IMG/VR virus record: IMGVR_UViG_3300021181_000006
Span: 64,001-128,000 of that record
Reading direction: 5' to 3' (one strand)
Source: a virus
DNA length: 64,000 nt
Shown here: one piece after another, positions 30,126 to 42,109 of the stretch
Layout: the number at the start of each line of letters is the position of its first letter
Position numbering within the stretch: position 1 is the stretch's first letter
The notes under the pieces: model-generated
Seen by the model: the letters and a program-made list of their open reading frames with translations, nothing else
Told to the model about the DNA's origin: nothing
The model's database searches: none
Position numbers and translations under genes: made by a program

Positions 30126-31989
30126 ATGCAACTCCGCATCCGCTCCGGCGCTGACACTTCCGACATTGCTCGGATGGGTGTCATCGCTACTCATGCTCGC
30201 AAGCTGGCCCGTTATGCGGCTCAGACTCGCAGCCCATCATTCACTCTGAGTCTCGATAGAAATGAATACAGCGTTACCGTCACTGACCGCGCTGTCATCA
30301 AGCCTGTCGCTACTGTGAAGAGAAAGTCGCCATCTGTCGGCACAGACTCTCTTGGAACCAGCGCAAAGAAGATCATGGCCGCTCTTGATTCGGGTAAGGC
30401 TGCTTATCGCAACCTCACCTCTGAACAACAGTCCATTGCTCGTTCAGAGCGCTCCAAGCGTTCAGCTCGTACCGCAGCCGCGAACAGGGGCTGGTAATAG
30501 TACAAAACAGCCATGGTTATACCTGGCTGTTTTTTTAGATATAGGGAATATATGTCAAAAGTCGAAGAAATATCCGTCGAAGCGATGGAGATTAAGGTCA
30601 CTATCGCTAAAGGACAGGAATTCGTACAGGTTATGGCGAAGGCACTTATCGCTATGCTAGACGCACATAGAGCTGTAAATTACGTGGAAAGCCGCATAGA
30701 GACAGCAGAAGGTGTTCCATTATCAATTACTATACAACGGATTGTGGATGGGAAGTCTCCCCATGATCTTAGGTTAGAAGCTGAACGCCGTGTTCAGATT
30801 CTCACCCTTGAACTTGATGCCTGTCATAGTGTGATCAAAGACTTGCAGTCTGAATGCATCGTGGCAAGATCGCAGACGAATCAGGTATAAAACTCTTGGT
30901 GGTAGGCATCTTAACGATCCAAAGTAAAATCCTGCCAATTTAAAAAGGATAGCCAATGGCTATTAAGCGTAAAGAAGTTGTTGTTGATGTCGTTCATAAT
31001 CAGATCCGCAATCTGGTTGCTCGTCATTTTGATGGAGCTATTTCCAAGAAGGGATATCTTCATATGAATGCTGATGCTCTCTTTTCAGAGGCTCGTGCAC
31101 TGACTGGATCAGTCGATGAAGCTGGTCGAGTCATGAAGATTCTCCGTGAACTGACCCCTGATCATTTGACCTTCGAGGTCTTTTCTGAAGGCGTCTATGA
31201 TGGTAATAACATTGTTATCTATCGTCGTGGAGATCGTCCTGACTATCAGAAGCCGAAGTTGAATAAGCTGACTAATGGGCAGATGGCAAGATTGGCGTTA
31301 GGTTTACTGTATCAATATCCAGTAAAGCCTAATACTCTATTTTGTCAGTATAAGGTTACTCGTGCTAATATTGCTTCAGCTCAGGCTATTGCTGATAGGG
31401 TTAAAAAAACTGGTTATACTTTTTCCGCATCAGCAATTAACCATGCATGGATTCCTGTTATCAGTGATGCTGGTGCTCAAGAGATTATTGCTATCTACTT
31501 GAGATCTGTCGATCATCTTGAGAAGCTATCGATATCTATGCCTAAGAAGGCTAAAGTGAAAGCTAGAGCCATCTATGTCGAAGGTCATTACACTGCTAAA
31601 CAGCTTAAATCGCTATTAGATTCAATGTAGCTATTAAAGCGCAAGTAGAGTAAAAAAACTACTTGCGCTTATTTTTTTACTATTATGATTCCAACTATAA
31701 CAGCCAATACAGGCTGCAAACAATCCAAAGGATTTATCTCATGGCTAAGTACGCTTCTAACAAGCAGATCGCAAGCAAGATGGCTTCGCGTGCTCTCAAT
31801 GGTGTTTTCGATACTCTCTCCGCTGATGCACTGAAGGCTGAGTTCGGCTTCCGTCGTCTGTCGGATGCTAAGGTCGCCAAGATTCAGGCAGTGGGCAATG
31901 CTCTCGTCGGCAAGATTCAGACTCGTCTGAACAAGCTGGCGGCTGGTCGTCAGCCCAAGGCTGCAGTTGCGACTGTTGTCGCAGTTTGA
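30126..31989 (+). other. Four hypothetical ORFs (30126, 30513, 30956, 31741), several basic, each followed or preceded by terminator-like hairpins
   Basis: ORFs plus hairpins such as 31636-31671 and 32015-32048. Confidence 0.6.
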
Positions 31990-32051
31990 TCATTCGTTGA
32001 TGTGTTAGTATAATAGCGCTCTCAGGGACTCAAACTGAGAGCGTTTTTTAT

Positions 32052-32137
32052 TGGTGGATGCGGCGAATGGTAAGCCAGCACGCTGTTAACGTGCCGTTAG
32101 AAATAACATGTAGGTTCGACTCCTACTCCACCAGCCA
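32052..32137 (+). tRNA. tRNA-Asn(GTT) with long variable arm
   Basis: gcacg-ctGTTaa-cgtgc; T arm gtagg-ttcgact-cctac; G73 plus CCA. Confidence 0.88.
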
Positions 32138-32140
32138 CTT

Positions 32141-33088
32141 ATGTTTACACCACAATCCGTCTCTGACACAGAAATAGAGGCCTGGTTTAGATCTCTATTT
32201 ACCATACCAGAGGCTATGCATGTTCATTATGAGTTCAGATTTCTTGTAGCAGAAAATATATATTGTAAATTATTGTATATTTATGCACCTGTTTTTGGCA
32301 CGCAGAAGAATACTATGGGATATTATAAAATCTGCTTTGGAGATCGTGGATCAAACGACTACCAAGAGGCAGTCTATCAGTATATCGATAAAGCTATCAT
32401 GAAGTTTATATATTATATACGTACTTTATCATCACTAGACCGCTCATTCGTCAGGATGTTATGGCAGCACAATCCAGCGTCACAGACGCAGAATTAGAGA
32501 ACTGGTTTAAGACTGAGTTCTCTATACCACTGGCTATGGATGTAACTCACAGCGTGAGACCATTCCGCGTGTCAGAATCGCGTATAATGTCTTTATATTA
32601 TAAAGAAGATTTTTTTGGTTATTTACATTTTGAGATTTTTGCAGCATGTGCGTCGAAGTATAAGGTATCAGTGAGTGCATATAATCTGCAAGATGCATTA
32701 CGTCTGTTTATAGAGACGGTACGATCTTATCATATGCTGAATCCAACATTCATTTCTATGATTAAAAATGTTGCAGTTTAATCATAAAGATATAGAACGT
32801 TGGTTCCTTTGGAAAGCACAGATCTATATTGATCTTCATGTAGATTATGAACTATTCTTTCATATGAATGACAGTATTGGATGTTATGTAAATTATCGAG
32901 AAAGATATAGCGAGGGATATTGGTATGAGGTAGCTTTGCCTAATAAAGTACCATATTATCGTAATAACATCAATAATCTTGCATCTTGTCTCTTCATGAA
33001 TATAAACTGGGATATCGCACTTGATAAAACTTTTGCTAGAGAACTCCACTATGTTAATAAATCTCCCGCTGCTCGGAAGCCGATTTAA
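32141..33088 (+). other. Three tandem paralogous small ORFs (32141, 32461, 32768)
   Basis: N-termini SDTEIEAWF / TDAELENWF / HKDIERWF. Confidence 0.65.
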
Positions 33089-33377
33089 GATTCTTGAACC
33101 ATGGTCTGTCGTTATTCCATATGACAATAGCGCTCTTATTAAACTACTTACTACAGAAAATGAGGTTGGATCAGCATTAAACGTTCATATAGATGTTCCT
33201 ATGATATGGAGAACAGATACTATATTCTTAATAAAACGGTTTGAAATGAGTAGATTTAGTTCATGGGTCTTCCTATCTGTACAGAAAAGTCCAGATCATC
33301 GCTTTGTGAGCAAAATACCATTTCATCTTGATATGTTACAGACACCAGATATACCGTATCAGCTAGTCGTCAAATAA

Positions 33378-33455
33378 CAGTCCGTAGCTCAGCTTAGTTA
33401 GAGCACTTGGTTTGGAACCAAGGGGTCAAAAGTGCGAATCTTTTCGGACTGACCA
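33378..33455 (+). tRNA. tRNA-Pro(TGG)
   Basis: cttgg-ttTGGaa-ccaag; CCA end; T loop TGCGAAT. Confidence 0.9.
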
Positions 33456-34032
33456 TTATTATGAACATCCCACTCGTCATAACTTACGCGGAACTCTGCA
33501 TGCGCCTTGATAGTCAGCATCTTGCTGATTTGGATCGTGTAGAGCGTTTATGGCTTGAAATGACATCGGAAGAAGAAGATATATGCATCAGCATCATGAG
33601 ATCAATCGAGAAGAAATTATCCAAGCGCTTGAAGCTGGATGGACTTTTATTGTCAAATACAATAAATCTGGTTATACTATGTCAGCTACCAAAGAGACAG
33701 AGTCATCCCCTGAAGTGGTTGGGAAGAACGTCGATCTCTTAATGATAGATACTTTAAAATATTTAAATAGATCGGTTATATGATTAATTCTCCGAGAGTC
33801 TGTGGTCTTATTAAGAGTGGTTGGACATTTCATCATTGCATCAAGTGGAATAACTTCAATGAAGCGTATATTCATGCAGTATGGGCTACAAAAGAGATTT
33901 TTAGCACTACTGTCTATGAATCTCTACACTATGACCATCATGCGCTTTCGATGACACTGCATGAGGCTGAGAAGCAAGAGGCGAATGAAGAGACGCGTGT
34001 CTTAGTTACTATTGGCTCTCGTAATGACGAAT

Positions 34033-34073
34033 TGTGAGTATATTGAACCTAAAAAAGGTTCAATATACTCACA
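34033..34073. terminator. 18-bp perfect inverted repeat (hairpin, terminator or processing site)
   Basis: tgtgagtatattgaacct-aaaaa-aggttcaatatactcaca immediately before tRNA-Trp. Confidence 0.6.
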
Positions 34074-34078
34074 TATAT

Positions 34079-34152
34079 GACTCGGTACATCAGTCCGGTA
34101 GATGACTTCCCTCCAAAGGAAGCAGGCGGTGGTTCGAATCCATCCTGGGTCG
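34079..34152 (+). tRNA. tRNA-Trp(CCA), no encoded CCA end
   Basis: cttcc-ctCCAaa-ggaag; T arm ggtgg-ttcgaat-ccatc. Confidence 0.88.
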
Positions 34153-34184
34153 TTGCATTGGCGTGTAATCCTGGTATAAGTCCT

Positions 34185-34430
34185 TCGTATCTCCTGCGGT
34201 GCTCGGACAACCGTAATGAAACACTCATAGACGTCGTCCCGTAAGACTAGGAGAGTGTAGGTGGTTCGTAGGTACAGCTAAAAACATAATAAGGTGAACC
34301 CGACTCCATTGGCCATTGGCGTTAGTAGTGAAAGGTGTTCTTATGCACTGCCATAAAAATAAGAGGCGAGCCTTCAGGTCTTATGAAGGGGGTTTGGCAA
34401 CGTTTCCCGTTATAAACGTCTACTTTTTCT
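34185..34430 (+). ncRNA. Candidate approx. 245-nt structured ncRNA
   Basis: No ORF in the track; GC-richer than flanks; several hairpins; GGTATAA upstream and T run downstream. Confidence 0.4.
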
Positions 34431-34815
34431 CACTTTGTGTGTATATGAAATACAAAGTGATCGCTGGTTGAATAATCTACAGCGTGCTGGCGGGTAAGCC
34501 GCACCTATTCAGAAAGGAACCCATGGCAACATATGCGGCTGGTCGTAAATACAACATAGCTCTTTCTATACTATTCTGTGGGCATCAAACACCCATCCAA
34601 TATATCTTTGGCGGATGCGAAACCGATGATATTGCTAATAAAGCAATGCGTGAAGCCTATAAGAAAGCCAAGGCTGATATCGCAAAAGGCGATAAGGCTA
34701 TTGAGCTATCAGACTTTGATACGTTATTGCCAGTAGAGAATATCTGTTATATTAAGATCATTTGTCAGCTTCGTGATTGACATTACAACTTATAAAGTCA
34801 TGATGTCAATCTTAC

Positions 34816-34889
34816 GTGGGTATAGGTCAGTGGTAGATCAACTTCCTTCCAAGTAGAAGACGCGTGTTCGATTCACGCTACCCGCTCCA
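34816..34889 (+). tRNA. tRNA-Gly(TCC), weak anticodon stem
   Basis: ctTCCaa loop; T arm gcgtg-ttcgatt-cacgc; U73 plus CCA. Confidence 0.8.
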
Positions 34890-35479
34890 ATTATGATAAT
34901 CGATCATTCAGAAGCGCATGGTATTTTTGCTCCTCTTACTGAGGAGGAAACCATGAGTATTGCATTAAAAATGACTATGAATATTAAATTAACAAATCGT
35001 GAATCATACCACCAGTATGGTAGATATGATACTCCTGATTTTATATTTATACACATACCAGGACCAGCACTTTGTAATGCGAGTGCTATAGCTAAGGTTC
35101 TTATCGATGACTCAGGATGAAGAAGACCATATCTTTGCAGCTATACATCTAAAACTAGAGATGGGTATAGCATTAAGTACTGATGAGATCGTGACTCAAT
35201 TCTGTTCCGTCTATTCCGATAACGGTGAACCTCAACCACTTCAGAATTACCTTTATGTCCAAATACAAGACATTAATCGCAAAAAGCGTGGAAGAACATT
35301 CCTCACCCATGATGATGGCAGCGTCACGTGCTTCTCGTCGCCTCAAAGTTGAGATGGGTATACCGCTCACATCGGATGAATATGTTGAATATGTTCAAGA
35401 TCTCAGAAAAAATAATATGTTAACTATTAATAATATTCTGGATGCCATCTAGTATATAAACCTATTTTAGGTTAAAATT

Positions 35480-36058
35480 ATGCCAATCATCGTACCAGTT
35501 ACTCCACGCCTAAAAGCATTGGCCGTGAAGCTAGCTCATATCCGTAATGGTCCAAAAGTAGCGGCTGGACTAAGAAATGGATTTTCCTCGCACTGTTATG
35601 GAGCGCTAGGAGAACTGGTATTTAGTGAGGAATTTGGATGCGATATAGACTGGAAATCATATGGTGGACTAGATGGAGATGGTGGTCATCCTGATTGCCA
35701 TCATAACGGTATTCATAAGTCATTTGAGATTAAGTTTTCTACTCATTTAACTAGTCCTGATCTTAAATTTGATCATGTAAATGAGTTCATCGCAGATTAT
35801 GCTGTTTTATTGTCATTAGGCGATATACGAGCAGACAAAGTATATATTATTGGCTATATAGATCGTTTATCATTTTTAAGTAAAACAAATGGTATTAGGA
35901 CACAGCAAAATTATGGTAATAGGCCACCACGAGAAGTAGTTAAATATGGTAAATTGTTTGATATACAAGATATATTAAATATGATCGGATCACAATGGAT
36001 ATTGAGCTGGAAAAGAAAGATACACCTGCAGCGTTTGATAGTACAGGGAATTCTTTAG
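35480..36058 (+). CDS. Putative PD-(D/E)XK restriction-like endonuclease
   Basis: GALGE...HPD...FEIK pattern. Confidence 0.45.
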   Translation: MPIIVPVTPRLKALAVKLAHIRNGPKVAAGLRNGFSSHCYGALGELVFSEEFGCDIDWKSYGGLDGDGGHPDCHHNGIHKSFEIKFSTHLTSPDLKFDHVNEFIADYAVLLSLGDIRADKVYIIGYIDRLSFLSKTNGIRTQQNYGNRPPREVVKYGKLFDIQDILNMIGSQWILSWKRKIHLQRLIVQGIL

Positions 36059-36490
36059 ATGACTATGCATATGGCAGTACTTTTGATCGTGTCGTACATG
36101 ATCTCGCTAAATGCCAAGAATATGAACGAGCTAAACCACTCAAGCACGATCTCGGAATATGGACTATCTATGATGAAATGTGGTTAACCATATATCGTAA
36201 TCGTCAATTAGAGGCCATGGCACACTATAGTCTCTATTCCTTAGCTCAAGAACATGCGTGTTGTGATCCATGACACCAGAAGAAAAACAATTACGTATAG
36301 ATCTTGGGCTTTGGACAGTATGGGATGCTTCCGAGGATAAGGTTACACAAGATATCAATCGTGAGATAGATAAACTATTTTTACATGAACTGGGGACGAT
36401 GATTTATGATCAATCTCTACGAGAGCGAAAAACAGCTCCGCAAAGAACTCGGCCTGTACGGAATAAAAGACATCATAGAGGAAATACTCA

Positions 36491-36898
36491 ATGAGCAAGC
36501 AAGTTATCGTTATGCGCAAGGATCTCAACATGCGCAAAGGCAAGCTTGTGGCCCAAGGGTCACACGCAACCATGAAGGATTTACTATCCAAATTTCAATC
36601 CCTAGACCAATCGATCATATCGAGATTAAACTTCTTATTTAGACCCCGTAGTATCTTCAGCGAAGATGAAAAGAAATACTACTTTGGTACCTTTAAAAAG
36701 ATTTGTGTCTATGTGCAGTCTGAGCAGCAGCTCGATGCTGTACATGAATTGGCTCTTAAGAAGGGACTCGTTAGCCATTTGATCATCGATAGTGGCCTCA
36801 CTGAGTTTAAGAATGTAGCTACAAAGACCTGTTGCTGTATTGGGCCAGATGATGAAGATTTAATCGATTTCATTACTGGTGATCTACCATTGCTATGA
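36491..36898 (+). CDS. Peptidyl-tRNA hydrolase, Pth2 family
   Basis: KQVIVMRKDLNMRKGKLVAQGSHA, KKIC, IDSGLTE, CIGP, ITGDLPLL. Confidence 0.93.
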   Translation: MSKQVIVMRKDLNMRKGKLVAQGSHATMKDLLSKFQSLDQSIISRLNFLFRPRSIFSEDEKKYYFGTFKKICVYVQSEQQLDAVHELALKKGLVSHLIIDSGLTEFKNVATKTCCCIGPDDEDLIDFITGDLPLL

Positions 36899-38577
36899 TA
36901 GTACCTGAACACGATAAAACTGGCTTCATATCTTATGTAGCTGAAGGCATTGATGAAGCGCTCTTTCGCAAAGAAATGGGATTGCCGCTCTACATGCAGG
37001 ACGTTGACATTATGAAGCTGGCTGAGGTCTATAAAGTTCGTGTCAATCGATATCGTTTATTACAAGGAAAACCACTCTTATGAGAATGTTCGAAGAACTC
37101 AACTGGTCACCAGAAGAGATAGAAATGATTCTCCATAGAGGTGAACTGAAGGCTGATCTCGGTTTAGAGTTATCTCAGATCGAAGCAGGTATGATGAACT
37201 GGAGACATCGCGTGTACTTAGAACAGTTACGTGAAGCTGATAGACAGGCTCCGAAGCATTATGATTGACGAGATCTATGTAAAACAGCTGATGAATATAC
37301 CATTATCATACAATGAAAAAAAAGAGTTATTTGTATATGAGAAGATGCTCCCGCTCAGGCGATATGATCGGCGATATGATCCATTAGGATTCCTGGATGC
37401 AAATCAGGTATCCTATTATGGGTGGCTCTTTGATATGTATAGGAACGAAGCATGATAGATCGTATTGAGTTGAAGAGAATGCTTCGGGTACGGCTCGATG
37501 ATGAAGAAGCTTCATTTATTATGAATCAATCGAAGAATATCCTCGGATGGATTAACCAATATAATATGGGCAGCCACATGATAGAAGGCGAAGAATGGGC
37601 AATACATATGATATCACATGTATTTACAGAAAATCTCACATGTCATGTCAGCGCTCCTTGGTGGTATAGAGAAGTTAATAAGGTACTAGGTTATGATCGA
37701 ATCCATAAAACTTAAGAAACAGATGGGGATTAAACTCTCCTATGATGAAGCCCATTTTATACTACAAAAGTCTATCGATATACGTAAAGACCTGATTAGT
37801 AGATGCGGTAATGATCTAGTCCATAAAGAAAAAATTATGGGTATATATATTAATCATATGATGGATGTATTTCCAATGCGTGACGTAGGCCAAGCTCCTG
37901 TGACTCAGTGGATGTATAGAGTTCTAGATAGACTTGGTATATGAACTGTAAACGAAGTGATGGAAATAAGAATGGAAGAAAAACGTGTGGGACAAAATAT
38001 ATACGAAGAGTCTATTAGACTCAAACAAATCATGAATATACCACTGGAAGCTGATGAGGTACTCCATATGTGTTATCGTGGTCTCGGATCGAAGCCATTA
38101 ACATCAGAATCTAGGCGCTCCCTGATGAACAATGTGAAAAAGTATGGACATAAATACCATTAACATGAAACGTCAGTTACATATTGATCTTGATATCAAT
38201 GAAACCATTTGTCTTATGCAGTCTATCAACACTGATCCGCGCATCATAGCATTTTTAGAAAGAGCCCGTGACAAATACTCAAAAACAGAGCCTAGCGATC
38301 AAGAAGCTCATGAATATCCCAGTCCATCTCCTGGATATACTGGAAGCTGATGATACTATTGAGAAAATTATAGCAGAAGCAGATAGACATGGAATCGAAT
38401 GCCGAAGGCGTGTACTTACACCTACCATCCATACAGATGAAGGAGCATCTAGGCATTCCTCTCACTCTGGATGAATGGTCTTTATTAAGGCATAATTCGC
38501 TTGTAAAAGATCTCATCATCAAGTACGCTCCTGATGAGATCTTAAATATTGATGATATATATTGGGGGAATACGTAG

Positions 38578-38654
38578 TCACCTTTAGCTCAGTTGGTTAG
38601 AGCAATGCCCTGATAAGGCATAGGTCCCTAGTTCGAGTCTAGGAAGGTGAACCA
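38578..38654 (+). tRNA. tRNA-Ile(GAT)
   Basis: atgcc-ctGATaa-ggcat; CCA. Confidence 0.93.
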
Positions 38655-38657
38655 TAT

Positions 38658-38734
38658 GGGCCTGTAGCTTAATTGGCTAAAGCGTCTGCCTTGCACGCAG
38701 AAGAGTTTCGGTTCGATTCCGAACAGGTCCACCA
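38658..38734 (+). tRNA. tRNA-Ala(TGC)
   Basis: tctgc-ctTGCac-gcaga; G3:U70; CCA. Confidence 0.95.
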
Positions 38735-38860
38735 TAGAAATGATTTATGCAGTTAATCACAAAACTTGCCTGGAGCCCAACGTCTATAACGTTGAGCGTG
38801 GCAGTTATCTTAGTCATTATCCTCATTAAGTTAGATCAAAGTAGATAAGACTAAACCCAC

Positions 38861-39166
38861 TCAAGGAGTGGGTTTAGTCTTTATAAAGGCGATTAACTCG
38901 TCTATCTTTTTATTTAGCTTAACGTATTCTTCAGAATGCTCATTCTCTATCGATTCGATAGCGGTCTGAGTATTCCCTAATGCAAGTTTAAAGCGTTCAT
39001 TCTCTTCACTAATCTCATCGCCACGTTTAATAATTGCGTCATTAAGCTTCTTTATTTTCTTCAGGTCGCTTTGAGCGGCATGCAGAGAATCAACCAGCTC
39101 CTTTTTGGAGACAGACGGTTTACGTTTGGACTTAGCTTTGACCATTATTCCCTCCAGCTGACCCAC
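38861..39166 (-). CDS. Hypothetical coiled-coil protein
   Basis: Minus-strand ORF coupled to the phosphoesterase gene. Confidence 0.7.
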   Translation of the reverse strand: MGQLEGIMVKAKSKRKPSVSKKELVDSLHAAQSDLKKIKKLNDAIIKRGDEISEENERFKLALGNTQTAIESIENEHSEEYVKLNKKIDELIAFIKTKPTP

Positions 39167-40179
39167 TTCACTTTCTCAGAGACTGACTGTTGCGACTCAA
39201 GTTTAATGGGCATCCAGTAATTAATGCCGATCTCACGATGCGTCGTCCACAGTGCCTGCTGAGGAAGCTCGAAGTCAAAGTTGTTATCAGCAGCATACTC
39301 ATCATAGCCCTTAATGGAACCATTAACTATGATGCCTTTAAATTGCGCTAATTGATGCCAATGGCCCATTAACATGAAATCATAGCTTTGGTTGACAGCC
39401 GTCTGACGCTTACGCTTCTTGAAATCACCAGTCATGAGAGGTGATAGTAAGCCAGCGATACCTCCACCTCCACGGAACTGATTGCCATGGGTCAGCAGGT
39501 ACCGCGTACCATAGATATTATACTGACAGTCGGTTGACTCGCTGACCTTGAAGACCACGCGCTTGTCTCCTTCGTAGATAGTCTCCAACATGGTATAGAT
39601 AAGCCAGTCATAGTTCTTGAAAACGTAGTTTTTCGACTCGGGTTTAAATGTAGTACGACCATGGTTACCAACGACACATGGTATAAAGAGTCTAGGAAAG
39701 TGCTTCAGGAGTTCATCGATAGCCCACTTGATCTTCCCTACCAGTTCCTTGCACGACTTCAGAGCCGGGTCAGTATTGGTGGCGGTGAGTTCATGGTGGA
39801 TCTCTCCAGAGATCATGTCGCCACCAAGAGCGAGCACGAGGCCATCATACTTCGGGTTCACCATATGCTTGGTCAGCATGAGAATCGTCTTCTCAACGAG
39901 ACGCTGCAGACGGCGGTTAAAAATTTCTTTGTTGAAGGCATTCACATGCCCGATAGCGGTTGGATTTACGACTTCAGAGTAATGCCAATCTGACCAAAAA
40001 GCTGTAGGAATCCCTGGTGAATTGATGTTACTAGGGGTCTTGGTAGTCCACTCAGGTGTCACGATATTGGCCGATGATAGGCCGAAGATTTTCTCACGGA
40101 TATAGTCAGTCTCTAGGTTATTCTCTTTCGCATCTTTCAGTTCGGATTTCAATGCCTTGACCTGTTCTTTAAGATCCAT
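39145..40179 (-). CDS. Calcineurin-like metallophosphoesterase
   Basis: SDWH, GGDMISG, GNHGR, THG, GHWH; likely start ATG 40179 (track start 40269). Confidence 0.88.
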   Translation of the reverse strand: MDLKEQVKALKSELKDAKENNLETDYIREKIFGLSSANIVTPEWTTKTPSNINSPGIPTAFWSDWHYSEVVNPTAIGHVNAFNKEIFNRRLQRLVEKTILMLTKHMVNPKYDGLVLALGGDMISGEIHHELTATNTDPALKSCKELVGKIKWAIDELLKHFPRLFIPCVVGNHGRTTFKPESKNYVFKNYDWLIYTMLETIYEGDKRVVFKVSESTDCQYNIYGTRYLLTHGNQFRGGGGIAGLLSPLMTGDFKKRKRQTAVNQSYDFMLMGHWHQLAQFKGIIVNGSIKGYDEYAADNNFDFELPQQALWTTHREIGINYWMPIKLESQQSVSEKVKWVSWRE

Positions 40180-40288
40180 CTTGCGTATCCTTTTTTCTTG
40201 GGTATGAGTGGGGCAATGCCACGCCACTCGATTATCCCAAAGGATACTGCCCAGAGTGGTGGTCTGCAAGTAGAATCTCGATATACAT

Positions 40289-40365
40289 GCCCGGCTAGCT
40301 CAATTGGCTAGAGCGCTTGCTTTACATGCAAGAGGTTTCAGGATCGTCCCCTGAGCTGGGTACCA
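40289..40365 (+). tRNA. tRNA-Val(TAC)
   Basis: cttgc-ttTACat-gcaag; CCA; atypical T loop ATCGTCC. Confidence 0.9.
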
Positions 40366-41527
40366 TTTTCGGTATAAGATCAGTACACCAAACCAAGGAA
40401 ACATCCCATGAGCGCTGATAATACCGTTGCTGTTTTTTCTACACCAGATGGCAAATCCTATGTCATCGAAGTACAGTGTATTGAGAGTCGGTTCTTACTC
40501 GAAACAGATCAGCTCGATCCTCTCTGGCATGTTGACATGCTGTCGAAGGCCGAGGTCTATACTTCTGAAGATGCGGCAATATGTGCTGCATTCGCACAAG
40601 CTGAGGATCACTATGTTGAGTACGGAGTATGTCGCGTGAAACTACCTCACACTCTCGCAGAATTCATCGAACAGATCGAACCAGTCTATCACAAGCTCCT
40701 GTTAGGAGTGATAGACATCAATGGAACCAAGACTAATACTGCTAAACGTAGGAAGTCGATCTACTTAGAAAACATTCTAAGAAGCTTGACAAGCCTTCAA
40801 GAGCAGTTATTATTGAAATCATGAAATGTATATCGTTCCATCAGACGTATCAAACCACATCAGGTAGTGCCTGAGGTTTCTATACTCTTTTGGTGAGTAC
40901 ATGAACCCTGGCCCGCAAAGCCAGGGTTTTCTTTTATATTTTTTATACACGTAAGGTTAAGGCCCGATACTGTCGGGAGATAGCGGCAACGAAGGTTGGG
41001 GTTGGCCGCATGGGGAATCGATGAAAACATCACATGATGAGTTTTATGTACAAATTATAACTGATAAGTACGCTGGGAATTTTGAACGGGAGATGTGCGC
41101 TTTCATTACTGGTCAGTATGGTGATTGTGGAGTTGGAGAAGAAGAGGCTCAGCTCGTACCGAGTCAGATACAGAGCTTATTTGAAGGAGCCATCGATCAT
41201 AAATCAGATGAAAGTGGGTGTGCAAGGCCATGTGAAGTAGACTACGGCGAACATAATGCATTTAAGATATTTTTCTTGAAAACCCCAACTCAACAGATGA
41301 TGGATATCATCTGTGAGCGTGCTGAAAGATTTTGTATGTCACGACAGAGCGCAGAACTTCGTGAAATTCTTGGTTTACCTAGTGTAAAAAGTTGTCCTAC
41401 TGTAATTAAGGCTATTACTATTTTCCATCAAAAAACTATCATTACAACGGTGATGGTGCTTGCCGAATCAGAATAATCAGTTAAATATACTACTTGAAAC
41501 GTATAGTATACCTCATAATATCATTAT

Positions 41528-42007
41528 ATGAAAATATGTACTATATGTAAAATTCCGAAGCTAGAATCGGAGTTTGATTTCACTAATAAAGCGACTGGTA
41601 CTTTGCATTATTATTGCAAAGAATGCCAACGCCCTAGGTCAAGACAATCATATTTAAGGAATAAGCATAAATATAAAGATAGATGGAAAGTACGTAAAGA
41701 TATAAGAATTATGGCAGCTAGACACTTTATTTACGAATATAAAAAAACTCATCCATGTGGATGTGGAGAGTCGGATCCTAGGGTATTAGATTTTGATCAT
41801 GATATACAAAATACAAAAGTACGGCCAATTTCTCAGATGATACAAACCGGTGTAATTATCAAAAGACTCCAGTTAGAAGTAGATAAATGCACAGTAAGAT
41901 GTGCTAATTGTCATAGAAAACGAACATCAGAACAATTAAACCATTATGCATGGTTGAAAAGTTCTGAGTATATACAGTTTGCATCTAGACTTAATGAGGA
42001 ATCTTAA
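41528..42007 (+). CDS. Free-standing HNH endonuclease
   Basis: CxxC...C..C, CGCGESDPRVLDFDH, KCTVRCANCHRKRT. Confidence 0.88.
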   Translation: MKICTICKIPKLESEFDFTNKATGTLHYYCKECQRPRSRQSYLRNKHKYKDRWKVRKDIRIMAARHFIYEYKKTHPCGCGESDPRVLDFDHDIQNTKVRPISQMIQTGVIIKRLQLEVDKCTVRCANCHRKRTSEQLNHYAWLKSSEYIQFASRLNEES

Positions 42008-42023
42008 TAATATAGTGAGATAT

Positions 42024-42098
42024 AGCGGGATAATTCAGTGGAAGAAAGCGATCCTCATAAGTTCGCAGTCGCTGGTTCGATCCCAGCTCCCGCAACCA
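42024..42098 (+). tRNA. tRNA with CAT anticodon (Met; A1:A72 mismatch, initiator-like)
   Basis: cgatc-ctCATaa-gttcg; A73 plus CCA; lacks the three consecutive G-C pairs of canonical initiators. Confidence 0.85.
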
Positions 42099-42109
42099 CT
42101 TATGGCGAT

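Larger units (their letters stand above)
34893..38577 (+). other. Dense array of small ORFs sharing a K-x-x-[ML]-[GN]-[IL]-x-L motif
   Basis: About 15 ORFs of 62-92 aa, e.g. LKLEMGIAL, LKVEMGIPL, LKKQMGIKL, MKEHLGIPL. Confidence 0.75.

Noticed and set aside
40930-41020. Two GC-rich hairpins upstream of ORF 41021 as a riboswitch
   Set aside because: Too short, and no recognisable aptamer consensus; may be an ordinary leader structure.
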